From: Candidatus Pacearchaeota archaeon CG10_big_fil_rev_8_21_14_0_10_34_76
Lineage (GTDB): Archaea > Nanobdellota > Nanobdellia > Pacearchaeales > GW2011-AR1
Reading direction: 5' to 3'
Assembly: GCA_002763075.1 (NCBI GenBank)
Contig: PFDB01000015.1
Coordinates: 5,747 to 69,746, forward strand
DNA length: 64,000 nt
The notes under the pieces were generated by a model. The model was not told the origin of the DNA. It saw only the letters and a list, made by a program, of their open reading frames with translations, and searched no databases. Shown piece by piece: positions 26,680 to 35,943 of this stretch (within the stretch, counting starts at the first letter, position 1; each line of letters opens with the position of its first letter). Made by a program: the position numbers and the translations under genes.

Positions 26680-28098
26680 ATGGAAATAAAGAAGATATCC
26701 GAGAACATCTGGGAAATTCCTAAGACTGGGAAAATGAATGTTCCAGGAAGAATATTTGCATCTGAGAAGCTTATTGATAAAATAAAAGAAGATAAAACTC
26801 TCGAGCAAGTAGGAAATGTATCACAACTGCCTGGGATTGTAGGACACTCTATGGCTATGCCGGATGCACATATGGGTTATGGATTCTGCGTTGGAGGAGT
26901 TGCTGCATTTGATGTGAAAAAAGGAATTATATCTCCCGGAGGCATTGGTTACGATATAAATTGCGGAGTGAGATTGCTTGCTTCTAATATTAGCAAAGAA
27001 GAATTCATTAAAAAAAGGAAGGAAGTCACACATCAAATAAAGAGAGATGTTCCCTCTGGAGTTGGAGTTAAAGGAGAATTCAGCTTCAATGAGAAGGAAC
27101 TTGATGAGGTTATGAGAAAAGGTGTCGGGTGGGCTGTTGAAAGAGGATATGCTCTGAAAAAAGATGCTGAAAGATGTGAAGATGGTGGATGCATTCTGGG
27201 TGCGATGCCTGAAAAAATAAGTGCGAAGGCTAGAGGCAGGGGAAGGAACCAGCTTGGGACACTCGGGGCTGGAAATCATTTTATTGAAATACAAGAGATT
27301 GATGAAATATATGATGCAAAGACTGCAAAGGTATTTGGGCTTGAAAGAAAAGGACAGATATGTGTTTTGATACATAGTGGAAGCAGAGGATTGGGCCATC
27401 AGGTTGCGTCAGATTATATAAGAGATATGGAAAAGGAATATGGAATCAAGCATCTTCCTGATAGGGAGCTTGCATATGCACCTATATCTAGCAGACTTGG
27501 ACAGGATTATTTGGGAGCAATGAGGGCTGCAGCAAATTTTGCATTTGCGAATAGGACTTTGATTATGCACCAGATAAGAAATGCTTTTGTAAAATATTTT
27601 CCAAAGAATAAATTTGATTTAGTATATGATGTGGCACATAATATCGCTAAATTTGAGGAATTTGAAATAAATGGAAAGAAAATAGAGCTGTGTGTTCATA
27701 GAAAAGGAGCTACTAGATCATTTGGAAAAGGAAGAAGTGAGCTTCCTGCTGAATACAGGAAAGTAGGCCAGCCAATATTTATTCCTGGGAGCATGGGAAC
27801 ATATTCTTATGTGTTATGCGGAACAAATGAGGCAAGTAAGGTTAGTTTTGCAAGCACTGCACATGGAGCAGGAAGAGTTTTAAGCAGAAGCTATGCTACT
27901 AAAAACCTTAAAATTGAAGATGTGAAAAAAAACTTAGAAGAGAGGGATATTTATATTGAAGCAGGAAGCATGAAAGGAATTGTTGAAGAGGCTCCTGAAG
28001 CATATAAGGATGTAAACGAAGTTGTAAGAGTGAGTGATGAGCTAGGGATAGGTAAAATTGTTGTGAGATTAAAACCTCTTGCAGTGATTAAAGGATAA
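26680..28098 (+). CDS. rtcB: RNA-splicing ligase RtcB
   Basis: MPDAHMGYGFCVGGVAAFD, GGIGYDINCGVRLL, LGAGNHFIEIQ, HSGSRGLGHQV, HGAGR. All metal- and GMP-binding His motifs are present. No intein. Confidence 0.95.
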   Translation: MEIKKISENIWEIPKTGKMNVPGRIFASEKLIDKIKEDKTLEQVGNVSQLPGIVGHSMAMPDAHMGYGFCVGGVAAFDVKKGIISPGGIGYDINCGVRLLASNISKEEFIKKRKEVTHQIKRDVPSGVGVKGEFSFNEKELDEVMRKGVGWAVERGYALKKDAERCEDGGCILGAMPEKISAKARGRGRNQLGTLGAGNHFIEIQEIDEIYDAKTAKVFGLERKGQICVLIHSGSRGLGHQVASDYIRDMEKEYGIKHLPDRELAYAPISSRLGQDYLGAMRAAANFAFANRTLIMHQIRNAFVKYFPKNKFDLVYDVAHNIAKFEEFEINGKKIELCVHRKGATRSFGKGRSELPAEYRKVGQPIFIPGSMGTYSYVLCGTNEASKVSFASTAHGAGRVLSRSYATKNLKIEDVKKNLEERDIYIEAGSMKGIVEEAPEAYKDVNEVVRVSDELGIGKIVVRLKPLAVIKG

Positions 28099-28140
28099 TA
28101 CTTTCAGTATATTTATAAAGTTCCTTTAACTAAAAAATTC

Positions 28141-30507
28141 ATGAAGAGGTTATGTGTATTTTTAGGACTTTTTTTAGTTAGTTTTACTTTCTTTTTTGGA
28201 GTTGTTAGTGCGCAAACTTATCAATGTGGAGCAGATCAGACTATATTGAGACTTTCTGCTGAAACGAACGCCCATGCTGAAATCTACAACGGGGCTGGAA
28301 ATTATCCAAAAGACATTTGTTATAATGAAATCTTTGGAAAAATTTTTGATGATGATGGTAATCCTGATAACAATCAAAATTGTGCAGGAAATGGTGTTTT
28401 GAGACTTTCTGCAAATACTAATGCTCACGCTGAAAGATTAAATCAAGGAAATTATAACGTTGATGTATGTTTTGGAGATTTGGTTTGCACAGCTAGAACT
28501 GGAGCTTGTCAAGGAACTGAAAGAGAAATAGTTTCCTTGTCTTCAGACACAAACGCCCATATTGAAGTTGCAAATAAAAATAATTATGGTACTATAATCT
28601 GTTGTTCGTCTGCATTTGCAGGAGGCGGGGGCGGGATTGGAGATTTTAATTCTGCTGAATGGAGAGATAAAAATGGACAGACACGAATATATAATGCTAA
28701 TAATGGCTCAACTGTGACACTTTATACGACTTCTAGTTTTGAAAATGGACAAAATATCATTTTTGAGGTATGGGATGATGATAACGGAAATGGAGCTAGG
28801 GATATTGGTGATGATAATGTTGGAACCTCAATGAATGCTCAAGTTAGTGGAGGGATTGCTAGCGTCCAGCTTCTCATAACTGCAGATATGGTAGAAGATG
28901 CTAATGATGGGAATGATTGTGGAATAGGTGGAGGACTTGAATTCTATTTCGATGCTTTAGGCGGCCCTGATAATAAAAAGATAACTTCTGGAAAAATGAC
29001 TGTGGATTGTAAAGAGGATGATTCTTTTGAGGGAAAGATAACTGCGCCTGTGCATCAGGGAGTGTATTTCACTGGAAAAGAAATAACTTTTGAACAAGAT
29101 TATGGAAGTGATGATGACTTTGATTTCTTGTGGAAAATAACTGGAAAAGCTGATAAGAATACAGATACATTTGGAATCACATTTGGAATTAATGAGGTCG
29201 GAGAGAAGATTGTGACATTGAGAGTTACTGACAGCGAAGGGAAATGGACAGAAGAACAAAGAGCCATATTAGTTGTGAGCGCAAATAAAAAAGAGAATTT
29301 TGCTTTCATAAACCAGCCATTCCATCTTCAGCTTGTTTCTGAAAAAACAAATACTGGGGGAGATAATAGATATAATCTTACTATAGATTATGCTGCTAAT
29401 GATAGTTATGTCCTACAAGTTTCACCTTCTGGAGAATGCCCTGGTGTGATTTGTCTTGCTGGGAATTGTCCGAGTGAGACAGAAAGTGTTCCCAATGGAT
29501 GCACGGATGCTGATGGAAAACTAATAATTAATGGATATAGGGGTTGGGCTAAAACAAACTGGACATGGATATTTGACCAGGATAGTAATTTTAGTATTGA
29601 AAATGCAGGATTCAGGAATACATATGAATATGGGAGAAATGAGGCTGGGGAGAGATTGATAAAACTGATATTTGGATATAACAATCCTTCAAATGGAATA
29701 TTCATAACAAAAGAAGTTACAAGAACATTCAATTTAGGACAGTGTCAAAACAATGGGCAAACTTGGTATGATATAAATGATGCTAACGGGTTGCCTGAAT
29801 TACCTGGATATGATACAAGACAGCCAAATGGAGCATGTGTTGGACCAGATGGAGATGTGGATATTGATAATTTGAATTCTAAAGTTAATAATGATAATTG
29901 CTGTTTTGGAGATTGGGTATGTGGAGACCCATTGAATACGGGAGATAGAAACCAGTACAAATGTTATGATACTACAGAAGATGACAATATTCAGTATTGT
30001 AGTGATTACACTAATGAGTTAGCATGCGAAAATTATAATGAAGGAATATTAAAGAATCATGATGATTATGATAGAGAGCCAAAGTGTGGTGAGAGAGATG
30101 ACAGAGGTAACCTTGTAGAATGTGGATGTGAATGGATTGATGTTAATGATGACACCAATTTCCAATGTGAATTCTTTAAGGACACTAATCCTTCTTTTGG
30201 AGGAGGAAGCAATGCTGATAGAAGCAGATGCAGTTATGATTATGAATATGGTGAATGTGAGAGTGGATATAGAACTATAGACCTAGATGCTACATTCTAT
30301 TGTGGCAATAATGTGGCAGGTGATGGAGAAGTGTGTGAGGATGGTTATAATGCAGAAGAGTTTGGGTGTGTTGATGAGACCAGAACAATATTATGTGGTG
30401 CTCCCTCAATAGACCTTGGATTCTTTGGATGGAAGCAATTCGTGATAAGTTTGATTGGTATATTCCTTGCTTATAGTATAATCCATCATGGAAAAAAGAG
30501 AAAATGA
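28141..30507 (+). CDS. 788-aa Cys-rich secreted protein with three TNAH repeats, PKD-like segment and C-terminal TM anchor
   Basis: Signal peptide. Repeats are C..(L)RLSAETNAHAEIYN, RLSANTNAHAERLN and SLSSDTNAHIEVAN at 28225-28605. C-terminal FVISLIGIFLAYSIIHHGKKRK. Confidence 0.75.
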   Translation: MKRLCVFLGLFLVSFTFFFGVVSAQTYQCGADQTILRLSAETNAHAEIYNGAGNYPKDICYNEIFGKIFDDDGNPDNNQNCAGNGVLRLSANTNAHAERLNQGNYNVDVCFGDLVCTARTGACQGTEREIVSLSSDTNAHIEVANKNNYGTIICCSSAFAGGGGGIGDFNSAEWRDKNGQTRIYNANNGSTVTLYTTSSFENGQNIIFEVWDDDNGNGARDIGDDNVGTSMNAQVSGGIASVQLLITADMVEDANDGNDCGIGGGLEFYFDALGGPDNKKITSGKMTVDCKEDDSFEGKITAPVHQGVYFTGKEITFEQDYGSDDDFDFLWKITGKADKNTDTFGITFGINEVGEKIVTLRVTDSEGKWTEEQRAILVVSANKKENFAFINQPFHLQLVSEKTNTGGDNRYNLTIDYAANDSYVLQVSPSGECPGVICLAGNCPSETESVPNGCTDADGKLIINGYRGWAKTNWTWIFDQDSNFSIENAGFRNTYEYGRNEAGERLIKLIFGYNNPSNGIFITKEVTRTFNLGQCQNNGQTWYDINDANGLPELPGYDTRQPNGACVGPDGDVDIDNLNSKVNNDNCCFGDWVCGDPLNTGDRNQYKCYDTTEDDNIQYCSDYTNELACENYNEGILKNHDDYDREPKCGERDDRGNLVECGCEWIDVNDDTNFQCEFFKDTNPSFGGGSNADRSRCSYDYEYGECESGYRTIDLDATFYCGNNVAGDGEVCEDGYNAEEFGCVDETRTILCGAPSIDLGFFGWKQFVISLIGIFLAYSIIHHGKKRK

Positions 30508-33083
30508 AGAGGAGAGTTTTTGTTTTAAGCTTGTTCTGTGCGATGTTCATTGCAGGATTTGCGGTTGCAGGATTTGATTTTAAGAATGATGGAATAATTT
30601 CACAATATAATGGCGGGGATATAATAAGTGGCTGGGTAAACATCAGTTTTGAAAATGAACCAATAAACTCTCCTGTGACTAGTAACTTTGAAGGAGGAAT
30701 GAGCCTGCTTGATTTGTTAAATGCAAATAATCTGACTAGGGGGAGTAACTATACCTGCAACACCTTAGGATGTGTGGATAAATATGCGAGAGGAAATATA
30801 ATAAACTCATTAAATCTGGGTGAAAGTAGAACTGCAGGATTATCAGTTCAGGGAAGCTCTTTCCAAGAAATTACTCAGGTGGAATTCAAGGTATCTGGAA
30901 ATGCGGGAGCGAGTTGTTTTAGTCCTCTAAGGATTGATCTTTTAGATGACGGGGAAAATATTCTTTCTTCAGAAAATTATACTGATGAGCAGTGCTTCAA
31001 CACTAAATATGGGTGCTTTGAAGATAACTTGGAGTCAGGGGAATATCAAAAAATAGAAATCCCATATGATGGTGGAGTTTTCTGTGAGAGAGTTAGCTTA
31101 CCCCCTGCACCCGCATATAAAATTGGAGCAGTGATAGACAACAATGGAAACGACATTTCAGATCTTACGATGGGCTTGAGAGATTTGGGAGGAAATGTTC
31201 TTGCTGAATGTACATTACCTAAAAACACTCAAAACATACAAAATAGAGAATGTATTGTGGAGTATAGTTCTGTAGATAGTGCAGAGTATTTTGTTTGTGT
31301 AAATGCTGAAGAGACTTCTAGCTATAAGATAAAAGTTGAATTCAATAACGTTTGCGGGACAGATTCTCCGGGCTCTGGATCAGAGAATATTGACTATGAA
31401 ATATTTGCTAAGAATCTTAAGTTTGGATCTCCGTCTATAAAAATAGATAGTGATAGTTTTGAGCAAGTGACAAGAGAAAATCTCATTGAATATTTTGAAA
31501 ATCACATTTTTGACAATTATAATGGAAATTGCCAGCCGAATTGTGTAATTCCAATGAGGTTCATAGGTGCAGAACAGAAGCTTAGTTTTAGTGATATTAT
31601 ATTAAAATATAAGATTGCTGGAGGAGCTGGAGGGGAAATTGTAAATAATAGGATTTATAATGTTGATAATGAAAATGCAAAAATCTCTTCTGGAGCATTA
31701 AAGTTAGAATTATCTCATGCAAGTTTTGAGATTCCATCTGGAGAGGACGAAAGGGATTTTGAATTAATTATTGGAGGAGAAAGAGTTTTAGTAAATGGCA
31801 TTAATGTTTCATATGGATTTGATTTTGATGTTTATCCAAGGTTTTCATCTTATGGAAGGGATACTGAATTTAGAATATTTTCTTCAGAGAATATTACTTC
31901 TTCAAGATGGAAATTTGGAGATGGTGGGATTGAGAGTGTTTCAGGTGGGAGCGTTATCCATAGGTATACCGAACAAGATACATTTATGCTAGAGGTGAGT
32001 GCAACAAAGAAAGATGAAAAAAGCTCTACAAAAACATTCAATATTATTATTGGGGATGCAAGGGAGGCCGCTAATGCGACAATAACTGATTACAAGGAAA
32101 GGATTATCAATATCCAGGAAGATATAACTAGATATCCTTTGTGGGTTCAGGAAATATTAAAATCAAATCTTAGAATATCTAATCTGAGTTCTGAGGTCAA
32201 TGCGTTAGAGACAAGATATAAAACTACGAGCAATGAAAGCAGTTTTGAGAATATTATGAATGAATTGCTTGAACTTGAAATTCCTAAATCTATTGAAAGC
32301 TCGAGGAATGGAACACTCCCAATAGGATATCTTGATTTTGTAGATACTAGATATATTGAAGATATAAGTCAGAAAAGTGTTGATGATCGTGCAGGACTTG
32401 AATCAGATATCTTGAAGTGGATGAATCAAAATCTTAACGGAAACATAAAATTTGAGAGCGTAAGGGGAAATTATGATTATGGGGATGAAGACATTATTAC
32501 ATTTTTCAGTATTGAACCCAAGCCAAGTGTTGAGCTGCGAGATACTTTCTTGATAATAGATTTCTCGATTGATCAGATATATTTTATTAAAGATTATGGA
32601 CAAGAAGAAGTTTTAGGTGCTACTTACCTCCCTATTGCTGACCAAAGGATAATTGAATTTGCAATACTTGAAGATGTGGGCGTTAGTAGCCTTGGAGCAT
32701 ATATTTCCCCCATAGTTGATGAGTTGGGAAGTTATACTTCTATAATTGAATGCAATTATAATAAAAAATGCGAAAAAGCAAGGGGCGAGAGTAATGATAA
32801 TTGTCCAAATGATTGTAGGCCTTATGGATTAGCAATTGTTATAGTGTTGATTGTCGTTTTACTTGGAATTATTGCTTTTGTTGGTATGAAAATGTGGTAT
32901 AAGTGGAATTATGAAAGATCTTTATTCAAAAAAAGAGTAGATTATGTAAATATTATGAACTTCATTGAGACTGCAATAAGTAAGGGACTTAGCTCTTGGG
33001 AAATAAGGAAAAGACTAAAGAAAGCAGGGTGGACTGGAGAGCAGATAGGTTATGCTATTAAGAAATTTAAGAGATTAAAGTAA
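30504..33083 (+). CDS. 859-aa secreted protein with PKD-like domain, C-terminal TM and cytoplasmic tail
   Basis: ATGA overlap with the previous gene. Signal peptide VFVLSLFCAMFIAGFAVAG. PKD-like FRIFSSENITSSRWKFGDGGIESVSGGSVIHRYTEQDTFMLEVSA. TM helix LAIVIVLIVVLLGIIAFVGM. Confidence 0.75.
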   Translation: MKRRVFVLSLFCAMFIAGFAVAGFDFKNDGIISQYNGGDIISGWVNISFENEPINSPVTSNFEGGMSLLDLLNANNLTRGSNYTCNTLGCVDKYARGNIINSLNLGESRTAGLSVQGSSFQEITQVEFKVSGNAGASCFSPLRIDLLDDGENILSSENYTDEQCFNTKYGCFEDNLESGEYQKIEIPYDGGVFCERVSLPPAPAYKIGAVIDNNGNDISDLTMGLRDLGGNVLAECTLPKNTQNIQNRECIVEYSSVDSAEYFVCVNAEETSSYKIKVEFNNVCGTDSPGSGSENIDYEIFAKNLKFGSPSIKIDSDSFEQVTRENLIEYFENHIFDNYNGNCQPNCVIPMRFIGAEQKLSFSDIILKYKIAGGAGGEIVNNRIYNVDNENAKISSGALKLELSHASFEIPSGEDERDFELIIGGERVLVNGINVSYGFDFDVYPRFSSYGRDTEFRIFSSENITSSRWKFGDGGIESVSGGSVIHRYTEQDTFMLEVSATKKDEKSSTKTFNIIIGDAREAANATITDYKERIINIQEDITRYPLWVQEILKSNLRISNLSSEVNALETRYKTTSNESSFENIMNELLELEIPKSIESSRNGTLPIGYLDFVDTRYIEDISQKSVDDRAGLESDILKWMNQNLNGNIKFESVRGNYDYGDEDIITFFSIEPKPSVELRDTFLIIDFSIDQIYFIKDYGQEEVLGATYLPIADQRIIEFAILEDVGVSSLGAYISPIVDELGSYTSIIECNYNKKCEKARGESNDNCPNDCRPYGLAIVIVLIVVLLGIIAFVGMKMWYKWNYERSLFKKRVDYVNIMNFIETAISKGLSSWEIRKRLKKAGWTGEQIGYAIKKFKRLK

Positions 33084-33129
33084 GCGCAAGATTTATTAAA
33101 AGCTCAAATCAATATAGTTCAGGAAAAGA

Positions 33130-33768
33130 ATGATAAGAATATTAAAAAACATATCAAAGAGGATTTTAGGAGGCCTTTTCAAAAAGCGTGATAACCTAAA
33201 AATTGGATTCTATGGTCCACCTAATGCTGGAAAAACTAGCCTTGCTAATATCATCTGTAAAGATTGGACAGGAGAAGAGATTGGAAGCGTAAGTGATATT
33301 CCTCATGAAACTAGAAAAGTTCAATTCAAGGAAAAAGTTGAGGTAAAACATAAGGGAAAAGTGCTGACTTTCAAGATGATTGATACTCCTGGAATAGCCA
33401 CTAAAATAGATTATGAAGATTTTCTAAAGTTTGGGGTAAACAAAAAAGATGCTAAAAAGAGAGCTAAGGAAGCAACACAAGGAATTATAGAGAGCATAAA
33501 ATGGCTTGATGATATGGATGCTGTAGTAATTGTACTTGACTCTACCCAAAATCCTTATTCACAAGTTAACATAACTATAGTTGGAAATCTTGTTGCTAGA
33601 AAAATACCTGTCCTGATAGTTGCAAACAAGATGGATTTGAGAAAGGCTGAAATCAAAAAAGTTGAAGCAGCATTTCCTGAATATGATGTTGTCGGAATAT
33701 CTGCCAAAAAAGGGGAAAATATAGAAGAGTTTTATGAATCACTCTTCAAGCTGGCAAAAAAAATTTAG
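33130..33768 (+). CDS. Small GTP-binding protein (P-loop GTPase)
   Basis: G1 GPPNAGKTS, G3 DTPG, G4 NKMD, G5 SAK. Confidence 0.85.
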   Translation: MIRILKNISKRILGGLFKKRDNLKIGFYGPPNAGKTSLANIICKDWTGEEIGSVSDIPHETRKVQFKEKVEVKHKGKVLTFKMIDTPGIATKIDYEDFLKFGVNKKDAKKRAKEATQGIIESIKWLDDMDAVVIVLDSTQNPYSQVNITIVGNLVARKIPVLIVANKMDLRKAEIKKVEAAFPEYDVVGISAKKGENIEEFYESLFKLAKKI

Positions 33769-33797
33769 ATAAACTTTAAAATAGATAATATATTATA

Positions 33798-34220
33798 ATG
33801 AAAATGAAGAAAAGAGAGGTGAGAAGTTTTAATGGAAAGCTCAGTGGATTTAGTCTTCAGATAATTCCATTTTCTGAAGTTAGAGATTTGTCTATAAACG
33901 ATAGAGTTAGAAAAATACTAAAACTTGTGCTTTCAAATAAGATAATAATCTTGCAAGGCAAGCTTAGAGCAGAAGAAGAGATAAGGCTTATTGAAGATAC
34001 GATGGCCATGGTAGACCATGTGAAGAATTTCAGAGGTATTGAACTTGCAGTTATAGAACCAGATATGAGCAATCCAACATTCATGCAGAAATTCAAGAGA
34101 AATCTTGCTAAATCTCTCGTTGGACATTCAAATTCACTTACAGTCATTGGTCCTGCTGCTATTGTAAAAGAGATAAAGAGAGATCCAAGCAAGATAGAAG
34201 TGATGCTTGGGAATAATTAG
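33798..34220 (+). CDS. Conserved archaeal protein, DUF2073-like (recalled family, needs an HMM check)
   Basis: 140-aa ORF directly after the GTPase. I recall the GTPase/DUF2073/Zn-ribbon gene order as conserved in archaea. Confidence 0.5.
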   Translation: MKMKKREVRSFNGKLSGFSLQIIPFSEVRDLSINDRVRKILKLVLSNKIIILQGKLRAEEEIRLIEDTMAMVDHVKNFRGIELAVIEPDMSNPTFMQKFKRNLAKSLVGHSNSLTVIGPAAIVKEIKRDPSKIEVMLGNN

Positions 34221-34224
34221 GTTT

Positions 34225-34635
34225 TTATTCTAGGGTTTTTAATATTTCGTTTGTTGTATAGATTTTAATCTTATTCTGAACCTTAAAATGCTTGTCGTTG
34301 CTCCAAATAGGGCATGAAAGAGCTATTGCTGAGGCAATGAAAATGCAATCTTCTTCATCTGTTTCTCCAATTATTCTTAAAGAATCATAGATGTATGGTC
34401 GTAATGTTTCAGTTTCAATGAATTCAATATATTTGCAAAGAAGATTAATTAATTTCCAAATTTCTGATTTTGATAATCCAGATTTTTCAACCAGTAGGGA
34501 TTCATGTTTTTTGATTTCATCAAAAACAATTTGAGGCATCAAAAAATTATATCCCGAATAAACTATAATCTCCCTTGTCTTGCTATCTTTAATAATCGCT
34601 GAAATCAAGATATTTGAATCAAGAATTATTTTCAT
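34225..34635 (-). CDS. vapC: PIN-domain toxin VapC
   Basis: MKIILDSNILISAII (first acidic residue), later acidic positions (ETDEEDCIFIA, SNDKHF). About 135 aa. Abuts the upstream antitoxin gene. Confidence 0.85.
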   Translation of the reverse strand: MKIILDSNILISAIIKDSKTREIIVYSGYNFLMPQIVFDEIKKHESLLVEKSGLSKSEIWKLINLLCKYIEFIETETLRPYIYDSLRIIGETDEEDCIFIASAIALSCPIWSNDKHFKVQNKIKIYTTNEILKTLE

Positions 34636-34860
34636 TTATTTTTCTGCAAATCTTTTGTAAGATGATTTCTTTATCTTTTTTCCAATTTCTTCTGCATCTT
34701 CTATTGTCAATTTGCTTTTAGAGACGATATTTTCTATGGTCTCAAGATCGTTTATCCTTTCTTCTATTGCTCGCCTTGCTATCTCGCTCCATTTGATTTC
34801 ATTGAATCTTCTCATTCTTCTAAAGAGTTCTTCTGGAATTGCTAAAGTTATATTTGTCAT
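34636..34860 (-). CDS. vapB: Antitoxin VapB (ribbon-helix-helix-like)
   Basis: 74 aa. MTNITLAIPEELFRRMRRFNEIKWSEIARRAIEERI has a beta-strand plus two-helix RHH-like pattern. Its stop is adjacent to the vapC start. Confidence 0.75.
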   Translation of the reverse strand: MTNITLAIPEELFRRMRRFNEIKWSEIARRAIEERINDLETIENIVSKSKLTIEDAEEIGKKIKKSSYKRFAEK

Positions 34861-34890
34861 ACTTAAATATGTTTTTTCACATATTTAAGT
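34861..34890. promoter_or_regulatory. Perfect 11-bp inverted repeat (candidate VapB operator overlapping the TATA-like sequence)
   Basis: ACTTAAATATG (34861-34871), 8-nt spacer TTTTTTCA, then CATATTTAAGT (34880-34890), immediately upstream of the vapB start codon. Confidence 0.6.
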
Positions 34891-34946
34891 TTTTGTCTTT
34901 TTGATTTTACATAAATCTTTATTAATGCTAATAGTGTGAATTTTGT

Positions 34947-35324
34947 ATGCCACATAGATGTGTTCATTGTTCTGCAGTATATAGTGATGGTTCAGAGGAA
35001 ATCTTGAAAGGATGCAGTTGTGGGAGCAGGTTCTTTTTTTACATAACTCAAGAAAAGTTAGATAAGTTAAACGAATCAAAGGATGATGAGATTGATTTGA
35101 ACAATAGCGAGAAGAAGCAGATAGAGAAAGATGTGAGGGAGATTGTTGGCGCTGAAGATGATGAGACTCCTATTGTGCTGGACTTTGAAAGCATAAAGAT
35201 ACTCAAACCAGGGAAGTACCTTCTTGACTTACATAATCTGTTCAACAGAGAAAGACCTCTTGTGTATAAGCTTGAAGATGGAAAATACATAATTGATTTG
35301 ACAACCACTTTAGAGAAAGATTAA
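34947..35324 (+). CDS. Zn-ribbon protein (DUF2072-like, recalled family)
   Basis: MPHRCVHCSAVYSDGSEEILKGCSCGSRFFFY has CxxC...CxC, a four-Cys ribbon. Confidence 0.6.
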   Translation: MPHRCVHCSAVYSDGSEEILKGCSCGSRFFFYITQEKLDKLNESKDDEIDLNNSEKKQIEKDVREIVGAEDDETPIVLDFESIKILKPGKYLLDLHNLFNRERPLVYKLEDGKYIIDLTTTLEKD

Positions 35325-35390
35325 CCTAATGTCAATAAGCAAGGAAAGATATTTAAGGTCTGAGCAATAGTGCTTTATTGAGAGAGGAAG

Positions 35391-35879
35391 ATGCAAATAA
35401 ATATCGAAAAAAAACATGCGTTTATGATTCTTGGTGCTATCTTTATTCTTAGTGGTGTAATTTTGGTCTACGCATTTGGCACAAATAACCCTCCTGTTTT
35501 TGGACATTCTCCTGGGGAGATTGCTCCAGGAACTTTTAATGGAACAGGCTCAAGTGATTGGATATTTCCAGGCAGAGTAAGACCAACTATGCTTTGTCTG
35601 AGCGGAACGTGCAGAGATAAGTGGTATAGTTTTGATTATCCTGTAGATATTTTTCTCTTGCCTGGAGGAACAGATATGGAAAATAAGACCAACATAGGTA
35701 GTAGACTTAATGACTTTTGTGTATTGCAGAATGTGCAAATAGGACAGGAGGGATCTAATTATCAGGAAGCAGGATGCCAGATAGCTTATGACGGGTTGGA
35801 AGTACAATTAAGGGCTTATAGGAGCCAGTCTACTCAAAAAGTTTATTGTAGAGCAATATGCATGCCAGTTTTGCTTTAA
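35391..35879 (+). CDS. Secreted small protein, tandem paralog A (GH..E/S...PGTF motif, 4-Cys C-terminal domain)
   Basis: Signal anchor HAFMILGAIFILSGVILVYA. Then FGHSPGEIAPGTFNGTGSSDWIFPG. C-terminus FCVLQNVQIG...GCQIAYDG...LRAYRSQSTQKVYCRAIC. Confidence 0.7.
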   Translation: MQINIEKKHAFMILGAIFILSGVILVYAFGTNNPPVFGHSPGEIAPGTFNGTGSSDWIFPGRVRPTMLCLSGTCRDKWYSFDYPVDIFLLPGGTDMENKTNIGSRLNDFCVLQNVQIGQEGSNYQEAGCQIAYDGLEVQLRAYRSQSTQKVYCRAICMPVLL

Positions 35880-35943
35880 AGGTTAAATTTCTGAGTTAGA
35901 TGGTAAGGGTAAGATATTTAAATAAACTTAGTCTTTTTACAAC

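Noticed and set aside
26821-27399. 192-aa minus-strand ORF.
   Set aside because: It is fully antisense to rtcB, whose frame carries all the conserved RtcB motifs.
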